DNA of 64,000 nucleotides, from positions 110,310,017-110,374,016 of the forward strand of contig JARFYF010000052.1 in assembly GCA_030265395.1 (NCBI GenBank), read 5' to 3'. The translations under genes and the position numbers were made by a program. Positions 12,561 to 25,199 of this stretch are shown piece after piece (the first letter of the stretch is position 1; each line of letters starts with the position of its first letter). Source of the DNA: Rhina ancylostomus. Taxonomy: Eukaryota. The notes below the pieces were generated by a model. That model saw only the letters and a list, made by a program, of their open reading frames with translations. It did no database searches and was not told where the DNA came from.

Positions 12561-14631
12561 TCTTTTATCTATTCACGAATTTATCTGTTCAATAAATAGT
12601 GCAAAAATTGATGGGAGCAAGAGATTGGGGTTCAAGCCAGTGGGGATAGAATGGGTTCAAGTTGAGCAAGGAGGTGTGCATTTCCCAGATATTTGGGACT
12701 AGTATCGACATGGAGTGAGAGCAATACTGAGAGGGGCCCTTCAACCCTCTGTTCCCTTGTCCTGCCCTTCTGTATTGCTGGTTCACCTGCCCCATTTAAC
12801 CCCAGTCCTGTTTTCCTGCCCTCCCCCATTACTTTTTCTCTATTCTTTGCCTTCTTTCTCACACCGCCCCCCCCCCTCCCCCAGCACCAGCCCTGTTACA
12901 TTTCCTCTGTTCAGTGGTCCCGTTACCTGCTATTCTTTGGCTAACTCCACCATGCTCCCTTGTTCATTGACCCCCAACCCCCTCTCTTCTCCCTAGCAAC
13001 CTCGATCCCTCATGACCTCCACATCCCCTTCTCTCTCTCCCCTGAATTCTTCTACTCATCTGACCCACTGGTGGGAGACTGAACCTTCCTACAATGACTT
13101 AAAGTAATGGTCAGAATGTCAAGTGATGAAATCTCCAAGAAGGCTTCCAACCATGGTAGCAACTGATGCTTCTTGAGTGTGTGTGAGTAAAGTAATATGC
13201 ATCATGCCCTGAAGTTTCAGCAGGATGGTTTTGTGGATTTCAGCTTTAGATCCAGCTTTAGGCTTTCATGAAGATAAAGGCTCTGAGTCTTTTTCAGGAT
13301 GCCTCTTTAGCTAATGTCTAGGGGTTAGTTGAGAAACCTAATATCATCTATTTATCTTGTACAAGAAAATACTTTGGGGATTTTTAAATTCTTTTTCATC
13401 CAGTTTTAGAGTTTCTGGATGTTGGTCACCACTGTAAGTGTTTTGTGATTTCCCTGGAGCTCATATATCTCTATTTAGGAAAATTGCCTTTCTGAAGTGA
13501 AAAGGGCACTTCTTTTTGGTCAATTTGTATAGCACCAATCTTTTGCCTAGTAATTGGATTTCACTCTTATCTGATTAAGTATGTTAGATGTGTAGTTCTA
13601 ACAACAATGGGTGATGGGTAAAAAAAAAATCACAAAATTGAGATACCTTTTCTTTAAGAAATTGTCATGGGGGTTCTCTTCATTTAGAAACAGTGGAACA
13701 AGAGCTGCATGTTTATATACAGCAGCTGGCTGCAGAGTGTGCTGCAAAGTGGGTTAAAATGCACTCTGTGGCTGTTGCACTGAGTCATGGAGACCCCTGT
13801 GTTATGGAGGTGGTGGGGTCATTGAGGCCAAAGGTTGCAGCACCTTGCACTGAGATGCTGTGATCTGTGTCAATGCCGCCTGTAAGGGAAAAGATCAGCA
13901 AATAAAAATGAAGTTGATACTCCTAAATATGATGTCCCAGTAGGGCCTTTTAATTTCATGCATGGTTCCTGACTTGATATGTGGTTTACTCCTTGTTTTG
14001 CTGCAAGTGAGAAATGAAAGTTGCAGGTTGTGACCTTTCGATTCAATTTCTGGTGTAAAATAATGACAGTGGACAAATGACACCTCACTTGAATGAATCG
14101 CACCTGGAAATGCTGCTCGCAATTTCCAGTGGGCAGTATTTCAACAGAAAATGCGTGGAAACACTTAAAATGTGCTAAATGATTTTTGTGTTCAACTTAA
14201 CACAAACAACAGGGGCAAATCAATCAATTTGTGTATATTTGTATTTCCAGATTATTGAGAGTGTAACCATGTTTCTTATGTTCTCTATTCTGTTGCATAG
14301 TTCTGTTGAACTTGACAAGGAAGGTATTCCTCAGAGGTTGAATGACAAAGCGCCTCTGTCGACAGGGCCATAGATGACACCTGGTTGTATGAGTTTTAGA
14401 AACAGTGAGATGGACTATGACAATTTGATGTTGACGTAAATGGAAATAAATATTTGGAGAGTTGGGAAGTAGGCTGTAGTTTGCTAGTTCTCACTTTACC
14501 TCATCACACAAGGATACAAATCTATCCCATTGAATTGCGCAGTGTTTGCAATTCAGAGGTGTACTTATGCAGTGCACATGTTATCCTTTGCGCTCTCATT
14601 GTCACGGATGTGCCTTTTTGATTGATTTCAG

Positions 14632-14799
14632 ACAACTGTAGAAGAGGTTATGACTACAACAGCGTACTTGGATCTGTTCCTCCGAAGTATCTCGGAACCC
14701 GCAATGCTGCAGACCTTCCTGAGCTTCATTCTGTTGCATGAGCATGAGAATGTGTCAATTTTAGACACACTCGTCAGTCGAATTAACACCCCTTTTCGG
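14632..14799 (+). CDS. FHIP1A: FHIP1A coding exon
   Basis: tttcag|ACA...CGG|gtaagg, 168 nt; TTVEEVMTTTAYLDLFLRSISEP...LDTLVSRINTPFR. Confidence 0.95.
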
Positions 14800-15344
14800 G
14801 TAAGGTCATTCTCAACTCTGCTGTTTCATGCATGTAACAATGTCGCCAGCTGCTTCCCTTCCTTCCAACAAAATTGCTGCACAAAACTGTAGCAAGAGCG
14901 AAGCATGAAGTTAAATGATCATTAAATGAAGTATAGGTCCAAGATTCTGAAGCAGCAGATTCACAATCCTATCACTCATCTGTTCAATTTTTCCTGCTGG
15001 GGTGGCAGTGGGGACAGTACATTGGTTTCCATGTCTGAGCTGAACAAGGGAATACGTAGCCAGGTTTGTTGTTCCTGAATGTGCAGTGACTCATGTTGGA
15101 CTGAAAGTCCGTGCATCCTGTACAAGCCAGGGCAGAGAGGACATCTCCTACAGTTGTTCTTTATTCAGAAAGAAATAATGATGAAGATTTTGTCTGTTTT
15201 GCTTAACAATGTTACTGAAAGAGAAATTGCTGGAAATGTTCACTGGGTCAAGTAGTTTCAGGTCCTTAATGTTTCACCACTACATGAAATGAAGAACTTT
15301 GTTTCTTTTTCTCTAGCTCTACACTTGGCTAAAAGTTGTTATTC

Positions 15345-15875
15345 TAATTGATGGAAGGCCTTATCTTGAGAGCAGATGCAGCAGAGACTCAGAAACTGGG
15401 CGAAAATGTTGGCATCTTTACAAGGGACTGGGTGTGAAGAGCTGTAGTCCAGNNNNNNNNNNNNNNNNNNNNNNNNNNNNNNNNNNNNNNNNNNNNNNNN
15501 NNNNNNNNNNNNNNNNNNNNNNNNNNNNNNNNNNNNNNNNNNNNNNNNNNNNNNNNNNNNNNNNNNNNNNNNNNNNNNNNNNNNNNNNNNNNNNNNNNNN
15601 NNNNNNNNNNNNNNNGTGGGTGTTGCATGAAGCAGCACCAAAGCAGTTGTCAGTATAACTGAGAAAAGAGATGGGGAGTGGTACCAGAGAAAGTCTGCAA
15701 AAGGAACAGTTCCACATAGCCATTGAAAATACAATTGTAGCTGGGGCCCATGAAAGTGCCCATGGTTACACCTTTGATTTGTAGGCAGTGTGAGGAGTAA
15801 AAAAAAAAGTTGTTCAAAGTGAGAACGTGCAGCTGGGCAGATGAAAGTGTTAGTGGGGTGGGAACTGGTTGGACC
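15345..15875 (-). mobile_element. Penelope-like RT fragment
   Basis: VLTLNNFFFYSSHCLQIKGVTMGTFMGPSY; LDYSSSHPVPCKDANIFAQFLSLCCICS. Confidence 0.85.
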
Positions 15876-15879
15876 CTTG

Positions 15880-16400
15880 TTGCAGCCTTTGCATTCTCCT
15901 CACAATTCATGCTCCCAGCCAGCTTCGTGCCATTAGGAAACTTTGAAATATTATATTCAGTTCCCTCATCCAAACCATTGATATGCATTGTGAATAGCTG
16001 GGGCCTAAGCACTGATCCATATGGTTACCTCAAAAGTCACTGCATGGCTCCAGAAAGAGTCTCATTTATTCCTACTTTCTGTTTCCTGTGTGTCAACCAA
16101 TTTTAATTCCATGCCAAGTTTATTACCCTACCCTGCACCCCCCTCCCCACCCAACCAAACCATTTGGTCTAATTTTCCACACTAACCTTTTATGTGGGGA
16201 ATTTAGCAAAAGCCTTCTGAAAATCAACTACACCATTTCCACTGGTTCTCTTATCCGTTATACCAGTTACATCTATAAGGAAAACTCCAATAAGTTTGTC
16301 ATTCATGACTTCCCTTTCATAAATCCACATGACTTTACCTAATCCTGTTGATATTTTCTAAGTGTTCTGTTTTCACATTGTTAATTTTAGACTCTAACAT
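15880..16400 (-). mobile_element. CR1 RT fragment
   Basis: LRPQLFTMHINGLDEGTEYNISKFPNGTKL (decayed ISKFADDTKL). Confidence 0.8.
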
Positions 16401-16493
16401 ATTTTGCATTGTCACAAACCAAACCATGTTTATTTATGGAGTTGTCAGTGATGTTAATCAAAGCCTGATTATATTTTTTAATTCTTCTGCCAG

Positions 16494-16573
16494 TTGTGTG
16501 TTGTTTCTTTGGCTCTGTTCAGAACCCTCATCAGTCTGAACTGCGAGGATGTCATGTTGCAGCTTGTCTTGAG
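16494..16573 (+). CDS. FHIP1A: FHIP1A coding exon
   Basis: gccag|TTG...AG|gtaaga, 80 nt, phase 0/2; LCVVSLALFRTLISLNCEDVMLQLVLR. Confidence 0.95.
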
Positions 16574-16799
16574 GTAAGAAAATTCTGAATAGTGATCTAA
16601 TTAAGAAGAATTAATTGCAAAAGAGTCCTGGTTTGAACCTGCTAGATGATACTCAACCTAACATATTAATGTAGTTCCACGAGAATGCTTGTCTGAGCTC
16701 TTTTAATGAAACTCACAGAGCAATCTAATGAAAATAAGACACCTGAGGCATTACATACAAACCTACTAACATGTTTATTGAGTATCACATTGTGCAATG

Positions 16800-17400
16800 T
16801 TTGCAGCATTCCAGGAGTATAGGTCCATCTTGGCTTCAACCATTGCTTCTAGGGTTGGGACCTGTGCATTGATGACTGTAGTGTGCTGGGTCCATGATGG
16901 AGTTAGCCAGAGTAGTTCACTTATTCCACAAGCAGTACCAGGCAAACTTATTCTTGATGGCAGAACCCATCCCAGGAAGATGGCATTCCCCTTCCTGTTT
17001 GCTCTTCCAGAAGAATGCCCCCACTGGCTTCTTTGATCTAGCCATCTCATGCCTCTCATGTCTCATTCAATGCAGCAGTGTCAGTGTTAACGATTCTGAG
17101 TACCCTATCCATGTTAACAAAGCAGTGTTCAGGTCTGTTGCTGTTGGGGTTGTCCATGAGGTTCCTTAATTTTGAGGAGTGGTAGTTGTCTGTGCAGGAT
17201 TTTTAGTGTGAAGTAGCTTTTTCACACCAGTTATCATACAGACTTGACACTGAGGTCTATGTCCATTTTCAAGGAGGTCCAAGATGACGGGAGACCACGC
17301 TTTGCTATGTGGACATTAACACGTGAATGTGTAAATGGACACGTGAGTAGGCCCATGACTACACATACACTTGCATATGCATAAATGCCCTTGCCCACTG
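16800..17400 (-). mobile_element. RTE (BovB-like) LINE 5' region, AP-endonuclease
   Basis: minus strand LMDNPNSNRPE...AALNET...FFWKSK...GISELL...QHTTVINAQVPTLEA..EAK. Confidence 0.75.
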
Positions 17401-18989
17401 CCTCTTCTGCACTCAGGAAAGCCCCTCCCATCAACCTTCTCCTTGCCTCCTATCACCTCAGTCTTCTCTGTCTCTGAATCTCTGCTCCATTAGTGCTCTC
17501 TGAGCCTGTAACCTCTTTCCACCCTCCCTCCATCCCCCACCCTCCAATCCTATCTCATACTCCCAAGAGGACTTAAAGCATTCACACTTCAGGACAACTG
17601 TAGGTTAGAAATTTAATTTGTCATTTTTTTTCTCAGGCTTCTGTGGTGATATTCTCTTGTCCATGTGGCCTAATGCATTGTACCATTAGAATAGGCCTTG
17701 TATATCAAATCTTGTACAATGAGCTTTCTCCCACACTTTCCACCAATGCAGAGAGGGGAGGAGTGAGGCTGATTGTGGTGAGGGAGGGAGTTTGGGAAGG
17801 GTGGGTTGTGAGGATTGGGAGGACACTTGTTGGGGAGAAGGTCAGGAGATGATGCCTGGGAGAGGTTGTGTAGAGGTGCTGGTGGATGGTTGTCAGAGAT
17901 CGTTTGGGGAGATTTTCAAGATTGGGTGGATCCATATGTGAAATAATCAGAGAAAGGTCAGGCAGGGAGATGGTTGGGAGTGTTTGTCCGTAAGAAGATG
18001 AAAGAAGGTTGGGGAGATGATTGGGTGGGGGGCAGGTTAGAGACAGCACAGGAACGAGGGGTGGCAGGGGAGCAATAGATCACTAAGAAAGAACACTTTC
18101 AGAAGAGCCTCTCTATAGGAATTTTGGACACCTCAGAATCACCAGCAGTGGTCCAGTTAAAGTCAGACCTCCCTTTAATTAATGCTGAAGACTGCGTCAT
18201 CTCTGGGTGAGGCCTGCTTTGGGCTGTGATGCCTGAACCTTTTACAGAATCATGTTCACAAAAGAATTTTACTTGAGTGATGCCTAAGTGCATCCTGCTT
18301 TTGTATTTGACATCATGCATGTGGAGGACCCATCTAATTTAGGGAAGTGGGCCACTTGTGCATTAAGTACCTGATGTCATTTGATAAAATACTATCGTAT
18401 AGCATGCAAAAATATTGTGCTAGGTGACAGAATTTCCAGGCTTAAATTTCCCCTTCTCAAATGTATGCACCATTTTGTTTTATGGTTAAGTTTGATACTG
18501 AAAAATTATTTCTCTTGTGTTCCATTTGGTAATATTAAATATTGTTTATAAAGTCAACCATTGTACATTGGGGATGTAATACAAGCCAACTATTGTGTGT
18601 TTTTTAAAATATGAATTGATTATGCCCTCCTGTATTTGTTACGAATGTTTTGATGTGGGCCATACTTGGATGGCCCATCTCTCCTTGGTCCCAGTACTGT
18701 TGGACACCACAGTAATCTGGGTTTATTCTTCTGTATCCTTCCTACTCTTCAGTAGCTGAGTGAACCTGATTGGCAATTTCAATGCACAGTTTGACAACTT
18801 TTACTGGGAAGAGTGTGTTCCTGATCCTATTTGATCCGTAAGGTTGGTGAGCTATAGTTTTAGTGATAGTTCAGCTCATTTTGATTTAACATGAGCATGT
18901 AATTTTTCTTGAAATCAGTGTTTCTTCCATAAAAGGTTCTCAGTTTCATTTGGGCTAAAAGATGTTTTTTTTTACAATCCTCCTTCCCA

Positions 18990-19212
18990 ATGAGACCATA
19001 AGAAATGGGGGCAGGAGTAGACAATCCGGTCATTTGAGCCTGCTCTGCCATTCAATAAGATCATGGTTTGTCCACCTTGGCACCATTTTCCTGCACTGTC
19101 CCCATATCTCTTGAATCCCTTAAATGTCCAGAAATCTGTTGATCTCTATTTTTGAATAAAAACAATGAATGAGATTCCCCAGGATAGAGAATTCCAAAGT
19201 TCACCACCCTCC
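18990..19212 (-). mobile_element. CR1 3' tail
   Basis: gaccataagaaatgggggcaggagtag...cctgctctgccattcaataagatcatgg. Confidence 0.75.
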
Positions 19213-20835
19213 TTGACTGGATAAGAGTCCTCAGTAGATAATATTTCTAGCAGATTTTGGTAGGCTGGTTAGGGTAACAGGTACAAAGCAGCACATAGCA
19301 CAACAGTGCATGTATTGTCTCTGTTATTGTTCAACTGGAGATCAGCTCCAAGGTCTGTTGAGGGCTATTCTATTCTTGGCCAAGAGCCATCAGTTCTCAG
19401 CTAATCACTTATGCAATACTGGTTAAATTGGAGTTGGTGACAGCACCTGTATTCTGGTGTTGGAGGGTAGTGTTCCAGTTGCAGCCACGTCAGTTAAGAT
19501 ATTACATTAGTTTGGGATCAGAGAATAAGGTTTTCAATCTTACAACTTCTTCATGAAATGGTGTGCTTTAGACACCATGATGATTCAAATATATCATCTC
19601 AAGCCAGCTTAGAGTCTGTTCAGTGGTAAAGTTTGGGCTCACAATTCAGCACTTCAGGAAGCAACAGATCAGGTGTGTTGTTATCTGGTATGATGTCAGC
19701 ATTAAAAAGGTTATGCAAATTCTGAGCACCAGATTTTCCTAGAATCTTCCAACTCTACAGCAATATTCCAAGTTGTCTTCTGTTCATCCAGTGCTTCCAT
19801 TACTAATGTCCCTGTGACATGCAGTACCTTTTAAAGAATAACAAAGGTTATACAAGATTAGCAATCTCGTTTTCCTGCGTCCTTCATTGTACCTAGATAA
19901 CTATGTTGACTGTGGGAAGATTGTAGAGGGGTGAGAACAAGTGGCTACTATCTGGCTGGGCACACTTCCATTACCATGCTAATTTGCTTTTCAGTTTTTA
20001 TACATTAGTTTGTTGGTAACCATTAACTTAATATTAAATTTTAACTATTACCTTCATTGCCATAATATTTGTTTAAAGCAGCAGCAAGCATTCACTGATT
20101 CAGTATGTGGTGGTTGTAGGGTGGACTTGGTCTGAATTTCACCTGATTTTCTGCTGTACTTTGCCAGGAGATAGGTAGGAACCCAGAAATGGTATAAACA
20201 CTGGCATAATCTCTGGTGTAAAGTGGAAATTGTTGCCACACCATGTTATCTTTGCCTGTTCTAAATACAATAAATTTCAATGGATGGGGATGAAATTGGG
20301 CTCTGCTGTGCAAGACGGAGCATAAAAAAGCAATATTTTGCGTGATGCTCAGTGTTCCCTGGGGCCACCAAAACACAATGGCTCCCTTACATGCATTAAT
20401 GAGGGACTTGACATTTTTCCATAAATCTCCTGAAAGTTAAAAAGACTTGTTCAGTTTTGTTTTTTTTATATATAATCTACCATGTGTGGCTTGCTTACTT
20501 ATCCTTAAAAAGACTGGTTGCAAGATAAAAAAACTTTGTAAATTACCCAGGTATGGAGTCAGGAAGAGCAAGCATATTTATTCACAGACTCCACCTGCCA
20601 GCTGTTCACCACTGCCTCCATTACACATCAGAGAGATGCGATAGGTCTTTAGGAAGCTTGACACTGCCTCAAGCACCTCAGCACCCACAACCTGAGGAAA
20701 TTATTTCAGAAGAAATAATTTCATTTTTAGAAAATTTTTTTGGAAAGAAAAGTCTAAAACCCAATTTTGATTAATCTTGACCTTGGCGCTTGCAGTCTTT
20801 TCATAATTTACTAAATATTAATAAGATGCCAGTTC

Positions 20836-21130
20836 GGTTAGCAGTTAGCAGTTAGCATAATACTTTACAATGCCAGCGACCCAGGTTCAATTCCGGCCGC
20901 TGTCTGTAAGGAGTTTGTACATTCTCCCTGTGTCTGCATGGGTTTTCTCCGGGTGCTCTGGTTTCCTCCCACATTCCAAAGATGTACAGGTTAGGAAGAT
21001 GTGGGCAGGCTACATAGGCGCTGGAAGCGTGGCGACACTTGTGGGCTGCCCCCAGATCACTTGACGCAAAACGATGCATTTCACTGGGTGTTTCGATGTA
21101 CATGTGACAAATAAAGATAATAAAGATCTT
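20836..21130 (+). mobile_element. Near full-length V-SINE, second subfamily
   Basis: B-box-like ggttcaattcc, V-domain, tail catttcactgggtgtttcgatgtacatgtgacaaataaag. Confidence 0.85.
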
Positions 21131-21637
21131 TGCATCAAGAGGTTCAAATCCCTTTATTTTTTTAGCAACAAATACCCATTGAAAGAATTAATGGAATCTC
21201 ATTTATTGCCTGCCTTTATTGTGGATCAATAGCAAATCAAATTCTAGTCCAGCATCAATTTAATCAACTAGATTGAATATTAATCCTAAAATTGGCCTTT
21301 TGTTATACTTCCACAAATGCTAAAGAGGTTGCAAGAGCTAATTTTGTTAAATTGCCAGTGTTGTGATTCTGCATGAAATCCCATTGTTTTTCTATTCTTT
21401 GAGGCAAGCTGTTGAAAAGGATAGTTACACAATCCTATTCGGTCCATTATAATGGTAATTTTTGTTTTAAATGATTGGAATCCACTCCATGCATTGATTA
21501 CAGAGAAGTATCATTGATGTCCCCTTTTATGTTTTGCATATCTTACATCAAGCATTAGCTAATGTAAATGATCTGTCAGTTCTTTTGGAAGCTCCTAATC
21601 TCTTCTGAGGTAATGTTGCCAAGGAAAAGTGCTGCTC

Positions 21638-22412
21638 ATTGGTATTGGTTTATTATTGTCACTTGTACTGAGGTACAGTGAAAAACTTGTCTTGCATACC
21701 AATTGTACAGGTCNNNNNNNNNNNNNNNNNNNNNNNNNNNNNNNNNNNNNNNNNNNNNNNNNNNNNNNNNNNNNNNNNNNNNNNNNNNNNNNNNNNNNNN
21801 NNNNNNNNNNNNNNNNNNNNNNNNNNNNNNNNNNNNNNNNNNNNNNNNNNNNNNNNNNNNNNNNNNNNNNNNNNNNNNNNNNNNNNNNNNNNNNNNNNNN
21901 NNNNNNNNNNNNNNNNNNNNNNNNNNNNNNNNNNNNNNNNNNNNNNNNNNNNNNNNNNNNNNNNNNNNNNNNNNNNNNNNNNNNNNNNNNNNNNNNNNNN
22001 NNNNNNNNNNNNNNNNNNNNNNNNNNNNNNNNNNNNNNNNNNNNNNNNNNNNNNNNNNNNNNNNNNNNNNNNNNNNNNNNNNNNNNNNNNNNNNNNNNNN
22101 NNNNNNNNNNNNNNNNNNNNNNNNNNNNNNNNNNNNNNNNNNNNNNNNNNNNNNNNNNNNNNCAAGCTGTGATGCATACAGATAGGATGCTTTCTGTGAT
22201 GCAACAATAAAAGTTGGTGAGTGCCAAAGGGGGGACATGCCAAATTTCTTTAGCCTTCTGAGGAAGTAGAGCAGCTGGTGAGCTTTCTTGGCCATAGCTT
22301 CAACGTGATTGGACCAGGTCAGGCTATTGGTGATGTTCACTCCTAGGAACTTGAAGCTCTCAGCCATCTTGACCTCAGCACTGTTGATATAGACAGGTGC
22401 ATATACACCGCC
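21638..22412 (-). mobile_element. Rex-Babar LINE 3' part, spans a gap
   Basis: ESFKFLGVNITNSLTWSNHVEAMAKKAHQLLYFLRRLKKFGMS; LTNFYCCITESILSVCITA. Confidence 0.9.
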
Positions 22413-22769
22413 CCTAAAGCTAACTGGTTCTCCCCAATGAAACTTGCAATAAATTTTCAGACTTTGCAATTTGCTGCCTTACCTGATCAGCCTACTTTTT
22501 GCAAAGTTCCCAGATGGATGGATACTGTCACATGACTTTGCATTAACTGTGTGTACAGTCTCTTTAGAGTCATAATCATAACTTTTGTATGGCCATCCTG
22601 TTGTTTCCAGATCCACCCCACAGTATGACTGAGTACTTTGCACCTAAGCAGTTTCAAAAAGTATGGAAATAGTTTTTCTTCCTCCTTTCATTTAGGAATG
22701 TTGTGGGGATTGTTAGTTGCCATTTTTCATGTTGTTGTGCATTGCTTAGAGCGCACTATACCTATCAGG

Positions 22770-24250
22770 AACAACACATAAAAGAGCTGGAGGAACTCAA
22801 TGGGTCAGGCAGCATCCATGGAAGGAAACGAACATTCAGCGTTTCAGGTCAAGATCCTTCATCAGGACTGGAAAGAGAGAGGGGAGATGGCCAGTCTATA
22901 AAGATGGGGGGAAGAGGTGGATCAAGAGCTGGTGGATGATAGGTGGATCCAGATTGGTGGGGGGGGGGTNNNNNNNNNNNNNNNNNNNNNNNNNNNNNNN
23001 NNNNNNNNNNNNNNNNNNNNNNNNNNNNNNNNNNNNNNNNNNNNNNNNNNNNNNNNNNNNNNNNNNNNNNNNNNNNNNNNNNNNNNNNNNNNNNNNNNNN
23101 NNNNNNNNNNNNNNNNNNNNNNNNNNNNNNNNNNNNNNNNNNNNNNNNNNNNNNNNNNNNNNNNNNNNNNNNNNNNNNNNNNNNNNNNNNNNNNNNNNNN
23201 NNNNNNNNNNNNNNNNNNNNNNNNNNNNNNNNNNNNNNNNNNNNNNNNNNNNNNNNNNNNNNNNNNNNNNNNNNNNNNNNNNNNNNNNNNNNNNNNNNNN
23301 NNNNNNNNNNNNNNNNNNNNNNNNNNNNNNNNNNNNNNNNNNNNNNNNNNNNNNNNNNNNNNNNNNNNNNNNNNNNNNNNNNNNNNNNNNNNNNNNNNNN
23401 NNNNNNNNNNNNNNNNNNNNNNNNNNNNNNNNNNNNNNNNNNNNNNNNNNNNNNNNNNNNNNNNNNNNNNNNNNNNNNNNNNNNNNNNNNNNNNNNNNNN
23501 NNNNNNNNNNNNNNNNNNNNNNNNNNNNNNNNNNNNNNNNNNNNNNNNNNNNNNNNNNNNNNNNNNNNNNNNNNNNNNNNNNNNNNNNNNNNNNNNNNNN
23601 NNNNNNNNNNNNNNNNNNNNNNNNNNNNNNNNNNNNNNNNNNNNNNNNNNNNNNNNNNNNNNNNNNNNNNNNNNNNNNNNNNNNNNNNNNNNNNNNNNNN
23701 NNNNNNNNNNNNNNNNNNNNNNNNNNNNNNNNNNNNNNNNNNNNNNNNNNNNNNNNNNNNNNNNNNNNNNNNNNNNNNNNNNNNNNNNNNNNNNNNNNNN
23801 NNNNNNNNNNNNNNNNNNNNNNNNNNNNNNNNNNNNNNNNNNNNNNNNNNNNNNNNNNNNNNNNNNNNNNNNNNNNNNNNNNNNNNNNNNNNNNNNNNNN
23901 NNNNNNNNNNNTCACCACCTTGTCTACCTATGGCACCACTTTCAATGAACTATGCACTTGTACTCCTAGGTCCCTCTGTTCCATTACATTCTCTAGTGTC
24001 CTACCATGGTTAGCAGAAGTTAGAGAAATGGATGTTCATTCTGTCAGGTTGGAGACTGCCAGGGCAGAATATAAGATGCTGTTCCTCTAATCTGCACCTA
24101 GCCTCAACTTGGCAGTAGAGGAGGCCACGGACAGACATGTCGATGTTGTAATAGGAAGTGGAATTAAAATGACTGGCCACCAGGAGATCCTGGCAGGGAT
24201 AGTGGATGGAACGAAAGTGCTCAACGAAGCAATCCCCCAGTCTGTGTCAG
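22770..24250 (-). mobile_element. Penelope-like element 3' part (endonuclease C-terminus and terminal repeat) across a gap
   Basis: minus strand VASHFNS...DMSVRGLLYCQVEARCRLEEQHLIF at 24010-24250; terminal repeat with hammerhead-like motif at 22833-22870. Confidence 0.75.
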
Positions 24251-24419
24251 ATATAATTATCAGACTGTCTTTGGGCAGTTAAGATGGCACAGTTTAGAGA
24301 TGTGTTACAAAAGTTTTAGCAGATTTCTGCCTATGGGCTTTCCTTGACAAATTTCAGTCTCAGGGTGCTGCTACTGCATGTTTTAATAACTGAGTTCCAA
24401 ATGGGAGCAGAACAAAGAA

Positions 24420-24740
24420 GGTGTTGGTTTATTATTGTCACATGTACTGAGATACAGTGAAAAGCTTTTGTTTGCGTGCCATCTGGACAGATCATTCCAA
24501 ACATAAGTACATCGAGGTAGCAAAGAGCAAAACAGAATGCAGAATATAGTGTTAAAATTACAGAAAATGTGCAGCGCAGGTAGATAAATAATGTGCAGGA
24601 TCATGACGTGGTAGACTGAGAGTTCATGAGTTCAACTTTTAGCATATGAGAGGTCTGTTCAAGAGTCTGATAACAGTGGGATAGAAGCTGAACTTGAGTT
24701 GGTGGTATGTGCTCTCAAACTTTTGTATTTTCTGCCCCAG
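24420..24740 (-). mobile_element. Rex-Babar 3' tail
   Basis: ggtttattattgtcacatgtactgagatacagtgaaaag, same tail as at 21638. Confidence 0.8.
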
Positions 24741-25199
24741 AAGAAATGTTTAAAAACAGAAAATACAGGAAATATTTTATAGTTCAGAGAGAATGAGCCG
24801 GATGGTGTTTGATCTGACCTGCCATCTGTGCTCAACCCAGGTGCTAATCCTGTAGCAACATTTGCTTCCACTGGCACCTGTAGGTTGACCCTTTCTGGAG
24901 GTTTCCAATCCAGAATAAAATAAATTTAAAAAATCAAGTGTAAATACATTACTTCTGTCTGGATGTATGCTTTAATTAATAGTAAAGAAAAATAAACAAA
25001 AATTTGTCTTTTAATGGCCATATTTGATTCAAATGAATGTTAAGTGCTGCTTGTGTGCCAGTCGTTCCAGTGGTGGGTCTGGTGGTGAAGCAGGTGGTCG
25101 ATGTGCAGTGTGCTCATTACCTTTTCTGCTGCAGTGTGTAGAGGATGGAAGTCGCAGATAGAGTGAACAGAGGAAGGCCGGTGACTGGTGGTTCTCCAT

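Noticed and set aside
14251-14262. Possible 12-nt in-frame FHIP1A microexon (ttccag|ATTATTGAGAGT|gtaacc)
   Set aside because: Weak donor; flanking exons already join into the conserved LHK-xTVEEVM sequence
20836-20910. tRNA-like A/B boxes at SINE heads
   Set aside because: No cloverleaf; these are SINE Pol III promoter remnants, not tRNA genes
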